From NCBI GenBank assembly GCA_031379885.1, contig JANNFN010000181.1, positions 1,605 through 65,604 of the forward strand: a stretch of 64,000 nt of DNA. The letters run 5' to 3'. This document shows positions 7,702 to 16,694 of this stretch, in pieces; within the stretch, counting starts at the first letter, position 1, and the number at the start of each line of letters is the position of its first letter. A program made the position numbers and the translations under genes. This DNA comes from Methylotenera sp. GTDB taxonomy: Bacteria > Pseudomonadota > Gammaproteobacteria > Burkholderiales > Methylophilaceae. The notes beneath the pieces are model-generated. The model ran no database searches and was not told the DNA's origin. It saw nothing but the letters and a program-made list of their open reading frames with translations.

Positions 7702-10700
7702 ATGGATTTATCAGTCGTTTACAGTAAAACTGCTAAAGGGTTGCGCGCGCGCGCTTCTCTCCTCGGCGGCTTGCCCTCACATTTGATGAAGGTGCTTACG
7801 CACGTTGATGGCATATCAAAAGCCGAATCAATTCTCATTAAATTTGACGAAATTACCGAACACAAATTGATTGTAGCTTTGAATCTGCTTGAAAGGGAAG
7901 GCTACATCAAGCCAGTCATGGTGACTGTGCCTAGTGAAAATGATTGGGCACCAGCCACAATTTTCGCTCCCATGGAAGTTGAGGAGTTTGAAAATGTAGA
8001 AGAAGTTGAAGTCAAAGCCAAAGAAAACGCACAGCTACAAGCTGAGCGTAAAGCGCAGGCAGAAGAAGAAGCACGTCAGCAGGCCGAAATTAAGGCAAGA
8101 GAGAAAGAAGAACAGGCACTCGAAAAAGCGAAAATTAAAGAAAAGCTAAGAGCCGAAGCGAAAGTGAAGGCGCAGTTAGAGGCTGATCGCATCACTCGCG
8201 AAAAAGAAGAGGCGCGAAAAAAAGCGGAGGCAGTAGCTCATGCTAAAGCCGAAGAAGAGGCGCGAATCCAAGCAGAACAAAAAGCTAAAGCTGCAGAAGA
8301 AGCGCGACTGAAGGCTGAGGCAGAAGCAAAGGCTAAAGCAGAAGAAAAAGAGCATGTGCGCCGTGAAATAGAGCGTATCTCACGCGAAGCAGAAGCAGAG
8401 CATAAAAAAGCTGAAGACGAAGCGCATGCCAAGGCAGCTCTTAAAGCGCGTGAGGAACTAGAACAGGCGCATGCCAAAGCGATGGAAGAAGCACGATTAC
8501 AGGCAGAACGCGAAGCTAAAGAGATTGAGGAAGCGCGTTTGCAGGCCGAACTTAAGGCGCGAGACGAAGCAGAAAAGGCACATGCCAAGGCAGAAGCGGA
8601 AGCAAAAGAGAATGCGCGTCGTGAATTAGAACGCATTGGTCGAGAAGCTGAAGAAGCGCAAAGAAAAGCAGAGGCCGAAGCTATCGCTAAGGCAGAAGCA
8701 GAAGCGAAACTAGAAGCCGAACGCAAAGCTAAGGCAGAAGAGAAGGCGCGACTGAAGGCGGAAGCTGAAGAAAAAGCTGAAGCAGCAGAACAAGCAAAAA
8801 TAGAAGAGAAGGAAAAGGCAAGACTTGAAATAGCACGTATTGTTCGTGAAGCAGAGGAAGCACGCAAAAAATCTGAAGCTAAGGCTAAAGAAACTCGTTT
8901 GGAAACTAAGCGCAAAGCGAAAGCAGAGCAAGAGGCGCGCCTGAAGGTAGAGCGCAAGCCAAAAGCTGAGGTAAAGCAAGCAATTACAAAGACAGCGCTA
9001 GAGGAAGAAGCTAGCGTAGATGCAAATTTAAATGCTCGCCTTGAAATGGAGCGCTTTGCTCTTGAGGCTGAAGAGGGGCGAAAAAAATCTAAAGCTGAAG
9101 TCCGCGCCAAAGCCGAAGAGGCAGAAAGTAAAGCACAGGCAGAAGCAGCGCTGATTCGTGCTAAAGCTGAAGAACAGGCTAAAGCAGATGCGAAAGAGAC
9201 TTCGCGCTTAGAAATGGAACGTATCAGCCGTGAAGCAGATGAAGTGCGGAAAAAACAAAAAACTGAAGCCCACACTAACATTGAAGTAGCACTAATCAGT
9301 GAAACCAAAGGGCGATCATGGGAAGAAATTGAAGAAGAGGAAGAAAGAGCCTTTAAAGAAGAAGAAAGAGCTTTCGAAGAGGAAGGGCATGCCACAAAGG
9401 AAGATGATGTAGAGCGTGTGATTGAGAAAATAACCCGGCAAGAAGCAGAAAGGCTGGAGCGTGAGGAAATTAAACTCCAAGCGAAGGAAGAGGCCGAGAC
9501 TCTTGCCAAAGTTCAAGCCAAAATATTACTAAGAAGCATCAACTACAGGAAGTGGCTTTCAAGAGCTGGCAAGGCTATTAAGCCAATATTGGTTTATCTG
9601 CCGCTAGTGATTATATTGCTAATTGGGGTGCTGCATCTGATTAACCTAAGTATGTTGGTTGCACCTATCGAAAAGCTTGCCTCCGAGAGTGTAGGTGAGC
9701 AAGTAACCATCGAAAAAGTTTATGCATCGCTATGGCCTCAACCGCATCTTGAGTTAGGGAATGTGAGGATAGGTGTCAACTCTAGCTTAAAAATTGAGAC
9801 AGTAAATATTTCCCCAGTTACTTCAACGCTATTCCAAGAAGTCAAAATGTTGAACTCGCTTGAGCTCGAAGGAATGAAATTCACTCAGGACAATTTTGGG
9901 CAGCCTTTGCAATGGATAAATAGTTTAGGTAAGGCTGAGCATTTGAAGGTTGATCAGATAAATTTGAAAAAAGCTGTTATCCAGATTCGTGATCTCGAGT
10001 TTGGCACTTTTAGCGGTAAAGTCGAACTTACTGAAGCACGAGAACTTAAAAATATCGATTTGATTAGTGCAGAGCAAACACTTTCAGTTCAGGTAACGCC
10101 ACAAGGTAGCAATTTTGATGTTATGTTGACTGGTACAGATTGGCACTTGCCGGTAAATCCAAAATTTGTGTTTAATGAACTTAAAGCTAAGGGAACATTA
10201 AGTCAAAACCAGATTATTTTCAGCCAAATCGAGGGCAGTATTTATGGAGGAACAATCAAGGGCAAGGCGGCCGTCGATTGGTCAAGTGAATGGTCGACTG
10301 CAGGCAATTTTGAGCTATTTAATGCCACATTGCCGCAAATGCTCAACGCCTTTGGCAGCAGCGCTTCTATTGATGGTAAGCTTGCACTGACTGGGATTTT
10401 TTCTTGCAGATCACCACAAGCTATTAATTTGGTAGATTCTCCAGAAATTACAGCAAATTTCGAGCTGCATGATGGCAAAATAAATGATATTGATTTGGCG
10501 CGAGCCGTGCTATTTAAAGGTAGTCAGTCACTGGTTGGTGGCGCAACGCATTTTGACAAATTTACTGGCGGCTTACAGCTTAAGAGTGGATATTATCAGT
10601 ATAAGCAGCTAGTGCTGGAAACTAATCAATTTCACGCTAAGGGAAATTTGGATATTCTTCCGAATCAGGAGGTTTCTGGAAAGATTAGTGCCAATCTAAC

Positions 10701-10770
10701 AGCACAATCACGTCGCTTATATGCTAACTTTAATTTAGCTGGCAAGGCTGGGGACATTAAGCGGCAGTAA
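7702..10770 (+). CDS. large membrane protein: small N-terminal domain, Ala/Glu/Lys-rich coiled coil, TM helix, AsmA-like C-terminal region
   Basis: Long TolA-like EAKAKAE repeats; one hydrophobic segment (ILVYLPLVIILLIGVLHLI); C-terminus with G.I.GIDL...T.F..L.G pattern typical of AsmA-like proteins. Confidence 0.75.
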   Translation: MDLSVVYSKTAKGLRARASLLGGLPSHLMKVLTHVDGISKAESILIKFDEITEHKLIVALNLLEREGYIKPVMVTVPSENDWAPATIFAPMEVEEFENVEEVEVKAKENAQLQAERKAQAEEEARQQAEIKAREKEEQALEKAKIKEKLRAEAKVKAQLEADRITREKEEARKKAEAVAHAKAEEEARIQAEQKAKAAEEARLKAEAEAKAKAEEKEHVRREIERISREAEAEHKKAEDEAHAKAALKAREELEQAHAKAMEEARLQAEREAKEIEEARLQAELKARDEAEKAHAKAEAEAKENARRELERIGREAEEAQRKAEAEAIAKAEAEAKLEAERKAKAEEKARLKAEAEEKAEAAEQAKIEEKEKARLEIARIVREAEEARKKSEAKAKETRLETKRKAKAEQEARLKVERKPKAEVKQAITKTALEEEASVDANLNARLEMERFALEAEEGRKKSKAEVRAKAEEAESKAQAEAALIRAKAEEQAKADAKETSRLEMERISREADEVRKKQKTEAHTNIEVALISETKGRSWEEIEEEEERAFKEEERAFEEEGHATKEDDVERVIEKITRQEAERLEREEIKLQAKEEAETLAKVQAKILLRSINYRKWLSRAGKAIKPILVYLPLVIILLIGVLHLINLSMLVAPIEKLASESVGEQVTIEKVYASLWPQPHLELGNVRIGVNSSLKIETVNISPVTSTLFQEVKMLNSLELEGMKFTQDNFGQPLQWINSLGKAEHLKVDQINLKKAVIQIRDLEFGTFSGKVELTEARELKNIDLISAEQTLSVQVTPQGSNFDVMLTGTDWHLPVNPKFVFNELKAKGTLSQNQIIFSQIEGSIYGGTIKGKAAVDWSSEWSTAGNFELFNATLPQMLNAFGSSASIDGKLALTGIFSCRSPQAINLVDSPEITANFELHDGKINDIDLARAVLFKGSQSLVGGATHFDKFTGGLQLKSGYYQYKQLVLETNQFHAKGNLDILPNQEVSGKISANLTAQSRRLYANFNLAGKAGDIKRQ

Positions 10771-10786
10771 TGTGAACGAATATAAG

Positions 10787-11293
10787 CTAATTCCTAGGGC
10801 CTAGAAAATCTGACTTGCCAAGCTCAACACCGTTATGGCGCAGTATGTTGTAAGCAGTGGTCACGTGAAAATACACATTCGGATTCACCCATGACAGCAG
10901 GTAAGTTTGACCTGTAAATTTTAATTCCATTTTACGCACGGTAATAGTGATGTCGCGGGATTCACTGCCTACCATCTGTTCAGGTTTAACACTATCTATG
11001 AAAGCGATAGTTTTAGCGATGCGTGCCTGTAGCTCAGCAAAAGTGGTTTCGTCATCATCATACTTGGGGATTTCCAAGCCTGCCAATCGTGCAGCCGCAC
11101 CTTTACTCATATCTGTGGCAATTTGTACTTGTCGTGTAAGCGGGTACATATCAGGAAAAAGTCGCCCGTTTAACAAAACTGCATGCTCAATTTTTTTCGC
11201 ATCAGCGTGCTCTTCACCTTTTTTTAAAATATGCGATAAGTTTGATAAAGCACGTTTTAAAGGTGAAATTGTTGCATCGTACATAGATAGCAT
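10787..11293 (-). CDS. DUF1993 family protein
   Basis: RLFPDMYPLTRQVQIA and PNVYFHVTTAYNILRHNGVELGKSDF motifs. Confidence 0.9.
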   Translation of the reverse strand: MLSMYDATISPLKRALSNLSHILKKGEEHADAKKIEHAVLLNGRLFPDMYPLTRQVQIATDMSKGAAARLAGLEIPKYDDDETTFAELQARIAKTIAFIDSVKPEQMVGSESRDITITVRKMELKFTGQTYLLSWVNPNVYFHVTTAYNILRHNGVELGKSDFLGPRN

Positions 11294-11371
11294 CGCTGAA
11301 TCCTAACAATAATTAATGGAATTAATAACAAAAATCATACTCTAATTTGAAGTTAAAAAGGAAACCGTCGC

Positions 11372-12001
11372 ATGTTATTTCGTCTAGCGTTACTATGTAT
11401 TTTATCAATTCTATTTATTCCGGGAATCGCCATGGCCATTGAAGAGCCAAAGTTCGACCTGATTGAAAAATCAGATTCGTTTGAATTACGTGCTTATAAG
11501 CCAACAGTTGTGGCTGAGACATTTGTGGAGGGTAGCCTGAGCGAAGCTTCTAATAAGGGATTCCGGCTGATTGCAGATTATATTTTTGGCAATAATAAAT
11601 CCCAAGCAGGTGGTAGCGAAAAAATTAGTATGACAACGCCTGTCACAATGGAACCAAAGTCAGAGAAAATTAGCATGACTATGCCAGTAAGCATGCAAGA
11701 TAGTGCTGGAAAATGGCGTATGCATTTTGTGATGCCAAGTAAATACACACTACAAACTTTACCTGCGCCTAATAATCCAGAAGTGAAACTACGTGAGGTA
11801 GCAGCTAAAAAATTTGCAGTAATGCGGTTTTCTGGGTTGGCTGGTGAAGCAAAGACCGCGAAAAAAACTGAAGAATTACTTGCTTGGATGTCTGCAAAGC
11901 AACTTAAGCCCATAGGCACACCAGAGCTTGCGCGCTACAACCCGCCATGGACGCTGCCATTTTTAAGGCGTAACGAAGTGCTAATAGAGTATAAGTTGTA
12001 G
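11372..12001 (+). CDS. SOUL heme-binding family protein
   Basis: GFRLIADYIFG, KISMTTPV, YNPPWTLPFLRRNEV motifs; signal peptide. Confidence 0.9.
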   Translation: MLFRLALLCILSILFIPGIAMAIEEPKFDLIEKSDSFELRAYKPTVVAETFVEGSLSEASNKGFRLIADYIFGNNKSQAGGSEKISMTTPVTMEPKSEKISMTMPVSMQDSAGKWRMHFVMPSKYTLQTLPAPNNPEVKLREVAAKKFAVMRFSGLAGEAKTAKKTEELLAWMSAKQLKPIGTPELARYNPPWTLPFLRRNEVLIEYKL

Positions 12002-12067
12002 CTAAAATAATCACCCTATATTTACGCATCGGCCTATGATGATACGGTTATTCACTTAAGGAGAAAC

Positions 12068-12190
12068 ATGATGGCAAAAGGTCAAATTAAAAGTAACAAA
12101 GAAGTAAAAAAACCTAAGAAAAGTAAAGAAGTCGTTGTGCCGAATAGTTCGATTATCCCAATGAAATCAAGCTCTCAGACAAAAAAGTAG
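12068..12190 (+). CDS. 40-aa basic small protein
   Basis: MMAKGQIKSNKEVKKPKKSKEVVVPNSSIIPMKSSSQTKK*; SD AAGGAG; ends before a terminator. Confidence 0.65.
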   Translation: MMAKGQIKSNKEVKKPKKSKEVVVPNSSIIPMKSSSQTKK

Positions 12191-12215
12191 ATAGTAAGTA
12201 GCCTACGCGCTAAAT

Positions 12216-12247
12216 AAAAAATGCCTGCCGTACTACGGCAGGCATTT
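12216..12247. terminator. intrinsic terminator between convergent genes
   Basis: AAAAAATGCCTGCCGTACTACGGCAGGCATTT perfect hairpin, U-tract on the minus strand. Confidence 0.8.
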
Positions 12248-12273
12248 ACTTTTGACTAAAGCGTTGTCAAGGT

Positions 12274-13746
12274 TTAATCTTTAATGGCGGGTGGGCCTTT
12301 AAAGCGTTTGCTCTCACCAAACACAAACCAGAATATCGCCATTACTGCTAGCATTGCGATTGTGACATACAATACTTTTTCATTGGGTGGTTGCACACCA
12401 ACTACCACCAAGAAGCCACCACCAATCACAGCTAATACGCCAATGAGTTTTGACATACCACCTAAATCAAATGGGCCTTTGTGATTCCAAGTTTTGCCTT
12501 CTGCCAATATGCCAGCAGCAATTGGCATGATGTAAGAAATATACAAAAATACCGCACAACCCACAGCCAATACGCTAAAGGCGCCTGCGTACAAGGTGGA
12601 AGCAATTGCTAAAACGGCTGAAACCCAAACTGCAGCAACTGGTGTTTTTAAGGTTGTATGCACAGTTTTTAACATGTTAGAAGCTGGCAAACCACCATCA
12701 CGTGCAAACGCATACATCATGCGCGAAGTAGAAGTTAAGCAAGCCAAGCCACATAGATAATTAACTAAGAAAATAGACAAACCTAATATGGTTTGCAGTG
12801 CGGGCGGTAATGTTTTCAACAGCTCAGCAAAAAAGCCAAAGCCATTTTTAACACCTGTAGGAATATCTGGCAATACCAAAACAAAAGTACATATTAAGAT
12901 ATAACCAAAAATAACAGAGTAAACCACAGAACTGACAATGCCTTTAGGTACTGTTTTTGCTGCATCGCGAGTTTCTTCAGAGGTGTGTGCAGAAGCATCA
13001 AAACCTGTAATGGTATAAACCGCAAGCAAAAGGCCAAGCAAGAACGGGAACACCATACCTTCAGAAGCTGGCCATGGACTACCTTCTGTACCCGTGTAGT
13101 TAGTAAAGGTAAACAAGCGTGAAAACTCTAAAGGGCCTTGATGGTAAGCCAGCAAAGATAAAACTAGCACAATCGTAATGGCGAAAATAAGATAGCCAGA
13201 GACGTCAGTGATTTTGGTGGTAAATTTAGGAAAGCGATAAATTAATATGGCCTGCGAAATAGTAAACAGCGCAATGTAGAAAATTTGGTGCGAATAGCCA
13301 AACCCAGATACATCAACCCCTAACAGCGGCAGGGCTAAGCCTTTAAAAAAGAAGTCATATACGCCAAAATTAACCGAGGCCACCACAAAGATGAGACCCA
13401 GCAAATTAAACCAAGCAGTGCACCAACCATAGCCTTTGCCGCCCAGTATAGAGCCCCAGTGATACAAGCCGCCTGCTGTTGGGTAACTGGATGAAATTTG
13501 CGCCATAGCGAGTGCAACAATGGCTGCAAACAGGCCGCCCACTAACCAGCCGATACCAATAGAAGCGCCTCCTGCCCCACCCAATGCCAATGGGAACGCA
13601 CTAATGCCACCAGCTAAAATACAAATAATAGAAAAAGAAATGGCAAAGTTAGAAAACCCACCCATGTGCCGGTGAAGCTCCTGGTCATACCCCATTTTTT
13701 TCAGTTCTGCGGCATCATGATCCAACGCCTGATTCGTCTCGCTCAT
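12274..13746 (-). CDS. APC-superfamily amino acid/amine permease (paralog 2)
   Basis: MGY.QEL.R.MGGFSNFAISFSIICIL and GFDASAHTSEET motifs; ~12 TM. Confidence 0.9.
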   Translation of the reverse strand: MSETNQALDHDAAELKKMGYDQELHRHMGGFSNFAISFSIICILAGGISAFPLALGGAGGASIGIGWLVGGLFAAIVALAMAQISSSYPTAGGLYHWGSILGGKGYGWCTAWFNLLGLIFVVASVNFGVYDFFFKGLALPLLGVDVSGFGYSHQIFYIALFTISQAILIYRFPKFTTKITDVSGYLIFAITIVLVLSLLAYHQGPLEFSRLFTFTNYTGTEGSPWPASEGMVFPFLLGLLLAVYTITGFDASAHTSEETRDAAKTVPKGIVSSVVYSVIFGYILICTFVLVLPDIPTGVKNGFGFFAELLKTLPPALQTILGLSIFLVNYLCGLACLTSTSRMMYAFARDGGLPASNMLKTVHTTLKTPVAAVWVSAVLAIASTLYAGAFSVLAVGCAVFLYISYIMPIAAGILAEGKTWNHKGPFDLGGMSKLIGVLAVIGGGFLVVVGVQPPNEKVLYVTIAMLAVMAIFWFVFGESKRFKGPPAIKD

Positions 13747-13862
13747 TTTTTACCCCTTTAAAAGATTAACTACAAATAGTTGCTACTAGATAATAATTTT
13801 TAAAATTTAAAAACATGAAGCTCAGATGCTATTTTTATTGTAAACAGCTAACGCATAATTCT

Positions 13863-13890
13863 AGTATAGATTTAAAATGAACAATTGCAA
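13863..13890 (-). promoter_or_regulatory. possible sigma70 promoter for permease paralog 2
   Basis: TTGCAA-N16-TATACT on the minus strand. Confidence 0.4.
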
Positions 13891-13996
13891 GTACCAGTTA
13901 ACGACACTCAAGCATACCAATTGCGACATTTTTGATTTAAGTTGAGATAAATTGCAGTAAACTGAAACTACTTATGAATAATAGCGTTATATGGAT

Positions 13997-14031
13997 AAAA
14001 AAAGCCCAACTTACGCAAACGTATGCTGGGC
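13997..14031 (-). terminator. intrinsic terminator ending the riboswitch-led operon
   Basis: GCCCAGC...GTTGGGC stem followed by a 7-nt U-tract on the minus strand, after the MBL gene. Confidence 0.75.
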
Positions 14032-14093
14032 ATTAATTGTATTGAATTAATAGAACTATATTAATAAACTAACTGTAATCTATGACTTTTGCT

Positions 14094-15101
14094 CTAATTC
14101 TTAACAACTGGTAACGGTTTTTTCTTCCAGTAATCTTGCACCAATTTTAGGTTTTGCGTGTGTACATCGCGATAAGGCTCGAACACATGAATCGTGCCTT
14201 TGGCCACAAAGTCACCAATATAATCTTCCATTTTGGCATTTAAAAAATCTTTATCATGCGAATGCTTTAACATTTGTGTAATGTATGAAATGGTCGCATC
14301 GATAAACGTTTTGTCGTAACCGCCATTCATTACTACGCTTGGGTCGCCATGATTGGGGTAAATTTTAGCCACATCCCAAATGCGCATTTTTTTAAGATTA
14401 TTGATGTGCGTTGGTAAACCTTCCACTTCTACCATGTAGGTCAGCGTATCTTCTAAAGTATCTCCTGAGAGCAAAATTTTATCTTTAGGAAAGTAAATGA
14501 CGCACTGATCTTTACTATGAATGTTTATTTGCCGTAATTCAAATGGTATATCGCCTACCTTCATGGCCTTTTTACCAATAAAAGTCACATTGGGGATTCT
14601 GGTTGGTTTTATTGGCGGTAAACCCCACAATTTGCCAGATTCAATATCGTTTTTTTGCTTAAATAGCGCATCACGCGTGGCTTTAGTGGTAATCACGTCG
14701 CTATCGTCATACACCGCATCGCCCGCTATATGGTCTAAGTGCCAATGGCTATGCACCACACTAAATTTCTTAACGCCCATTTTCTCCATATAATTGCGCA
14801 CCCACTTGGCTTGTGCCACGCTGGTAAAGGTATCGTAAACCACTGCTTGGTCGCCTTGGTGAATCACATAAGTGCCCACGCCCAGCTTCATCGCCGCATC
14901 GTCGTACCAGTTCCAATCTTTGGCGTAGCGCTCGGCTGGGCGCCTGCCATCAAAAAAGTAAATCAGGTAATCGTTAAGCGCTTTTACTTGAATGGGTGGC
15001 TCGGCGACAGCGGTGGCAGCTTGCAAATTACCACTAACCAAAAACCCAAACAGCAAAACAGAAGCTGATAATAGGGACAAAAAACGCGTTAAAATATACA
15101 T
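14094..15101 (-). CDS. exported metallo-beta-lactamase-fold hydrolase
   Basis: Signal peptide; HWHLDH (HxHxDH), downstream IHS, SGDT and PNHG metal-ligand motifs. Confidence 0.85.
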   Translation of the reverse strand: MYILTRFLSLLSASVLLFGFLVSGNLQAATAVAEPPIQVKALNDYLIYFFDGRRPAERYAKDWNWYDDAAMKLGVGTYVIHQGDQAVVYDTFTSVAQAKWVRNYMEKMGVKKFSVVHSHWHLDHIAGDAVYDDSDVITTKATRDALFKQKNDIESGKLWGLPPIKPTRIPNVTFIGKKAMKVGDIPFELRQINIHSKDQCVIYFPKDKILLSGDTLEDTLTYMVEVEGLPTHINNLKKMRIWDVAKIYPNHGDPSVVMNGGYDKTFIDATISYITQMLKHSHDKDFLNAKMEDYIGDFVAKGTIHVFEPYRDVHTQNLKLVQDYWKKKPLPVVKN

Positions 15102-15157
15102 GACATTGACCTTTCTTAATGTTTGTTTGTAAAATTAGAAGCATCTACTAAAAGGCG

Positions 15158-16639
15158 CTATTCTTTAACTGCTGGCGGCCCTTTAAAACGTTTGTTCTCA
15201 CCCAATACAAACCAAAATATCGCCATTACAAGCAACATTGCAATCATCAAATAAAACACTTTTTCGTTGGGTGGTTTCATGCCAATAAATTGTACAAATG
15301 CACCACCAATCACCGCCAGCACAGCCAGTATCTTGGAAAATCCGCCTAAACTAAATGGACCTTTATGCTTCCATGTTTTGCCCTCTGCTAATAAGCCTGC
15401 CGCAATTGGCATGGTGTAAGAAAGATGTAAAAACACCGCACTACCTGCAGCCAACACAAAAAACGCATCGCCATATAAAGTAGCTGCAACAGCAAGCGCG
15501 CCTGAAACCCACACAGCAGCAACAGGTGTTTTAAGCGTGGGGTGAATTTTGCGCAAAAAACCTGAAGCTGGCAAACCGCCGTCGCGCGCAAAGGCAAACA
15601 TCATGCGTGAACAAGAGGTTAGGCAAGCCAAGCCGCATAAAAAGTTAAGAATAAATATCGTAATACCTAATATCGTTCTTAAGCCTGTTGGCAGTGAACT
15701 CATCAGCGCATCAAAAAAGCCCAAGCCTTGTTTAACGCCTTCTGCCAAGTTTGGCATGACCAATACAAACGTACACACCATGATATAGCCAAAAATCGCC
15801 GAATAAACTACTGCGTTAATGATTCCTTTTGGCACGGTTTTGGCAGCATCGTGCGTTTCTTCAGCGGTATGGGCAGAGCCATCAAAACCAGTAATGGTGT
15901 AAATGCTCAGCAATAAACCCGTTATAAATGGCAAGAACATGCCCTCCATTCTTGGCCAAATACTACCTTCTGCACCAGTGAAGTTTGTAAAAGTAAACAG
16001 GCGCGAAAAGTCTAATTTAATTGGGCTGTAAACCAATAAAGATGCTGTAAGTACCACTGCAGTAATGAAAATAAAGTAGCCCGATAAATCGGTAATCTTA
16101 GTGGTGAATTTAGGAAAGCGATAAATCATAGTGGCTTGAATAGCCGTTATTGCGGCTAAAAACGTGGTTTGAAAGGCATAATTCATGCTATCAGGGTTAA
16201 TGCCTAACAACGGCGCAATCAGCGTTTTAAACATCGGGTCATACACCCCAAAATTAACCGATGCCACCACAAAAATAATGCCCAGCAAATTAAACCAAGC
16301 GGTACACCAACCATAACCTTTGCCACCTAAAATGCTGCCCCAATGATACAAGCCACCGGCAGTGGGGTAGCTGGATGCTATTTGCGCCATGCAAAGTGAA
16401 ACAATGACCGTAAAAGATGCACCAACCAACCAGCCAATGCCAATTGATGCGCCACCGCCCGCACCCAATGCTTGAGGGAAAGCAGTAATACAACCTGCCA
16501 AAATACATATGATGGAGAAGGAAATAGCAAAATTAGAAAACCCGCCCATGTGTCGGTTTAACTCTTGCTCGTAACCCATTTTTTTCAATTCTGCGGCATC
16601 GCTATCTAATGCCGAGCTTGCACTTCTTGCATCATTCAT
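15158..16639 (-). CDS. APC-superfamily amino acid/amine permease (paralog 1)
   Basis: Same family motifs as the 12274 gene; long identical peptide blocks shared between the two. Confidence 0.9.
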   Translation of the reverse strand: MNDARSASSALDSDAAELKKMGYEQELNRHMGGFSNFAISFSIICILAGCITAFPQALGAGGGASIGIGWLVGASFTVIVSLCMAQIASSYPTAGGLYHWGSILGGKGYGWCTAWFNLLGIIFVVASVNFGVYDPMFKTLIAPLLGINPDSMNYAFQTTFLAAITAIQATMIYRFPKFTTKITDLSGYFIFITAVVLTASLLVYSPIKLDFSRLFTFTNFTGAEGSIWPRMEGMFLPFITGLLLSIYTITGFDGSAHTAEETHDAAKTVPKGIINAVVYSAIFGYIMVCTFVLVMPNLAEGVKQGLGFFDALMSSLPTGLRTILGITIFILNFLCGLACLTSCSRMMFAFARDGGLPASGFLRKIHPTLKTPVAAVWVSGALAVAATLYGDAFFVLAAGSAVFLHLSYTMPIAAGLLAEGKTWKHKGPFSLGGFSKILAVLAVIGGAFVQFIGMKPPNEKVFYLMIAMLLVMAIFWFVLGENKRFKGPPAVKE

Positions 16640-16694
16640 ATTGCTCCCCCTATTTTTTACTACTGTTAATTAGAATGTTACTTTTTTGGCAAAT

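Noticed and set aside
8238-9509. 423-aa minus-strand ORF (and 8710-8979, 9316-9516)
   Set aside because: Antisense shadow of the Ala/Glu/Lys-rich coiled-coil codons, which lack stops on the opposite strand; Ser/Ala/Arg low-complexity product with no SD
12020-12055. Sigma28 promoter suggested by GCCGATG on the minus strand
   Set aside because: No TAAA at 15-nt spacing and no correctly oriented gene downstream
13747-14093. Second guanidine riboswitch (class I or mini-ykkC) in front of permease paralog 2
   Set aside because: No AGGGUUCCG or AAAAGCCCGGG blocks and no twin ACGR-loop hairpins; the only hairpin is a U-tailed terminator
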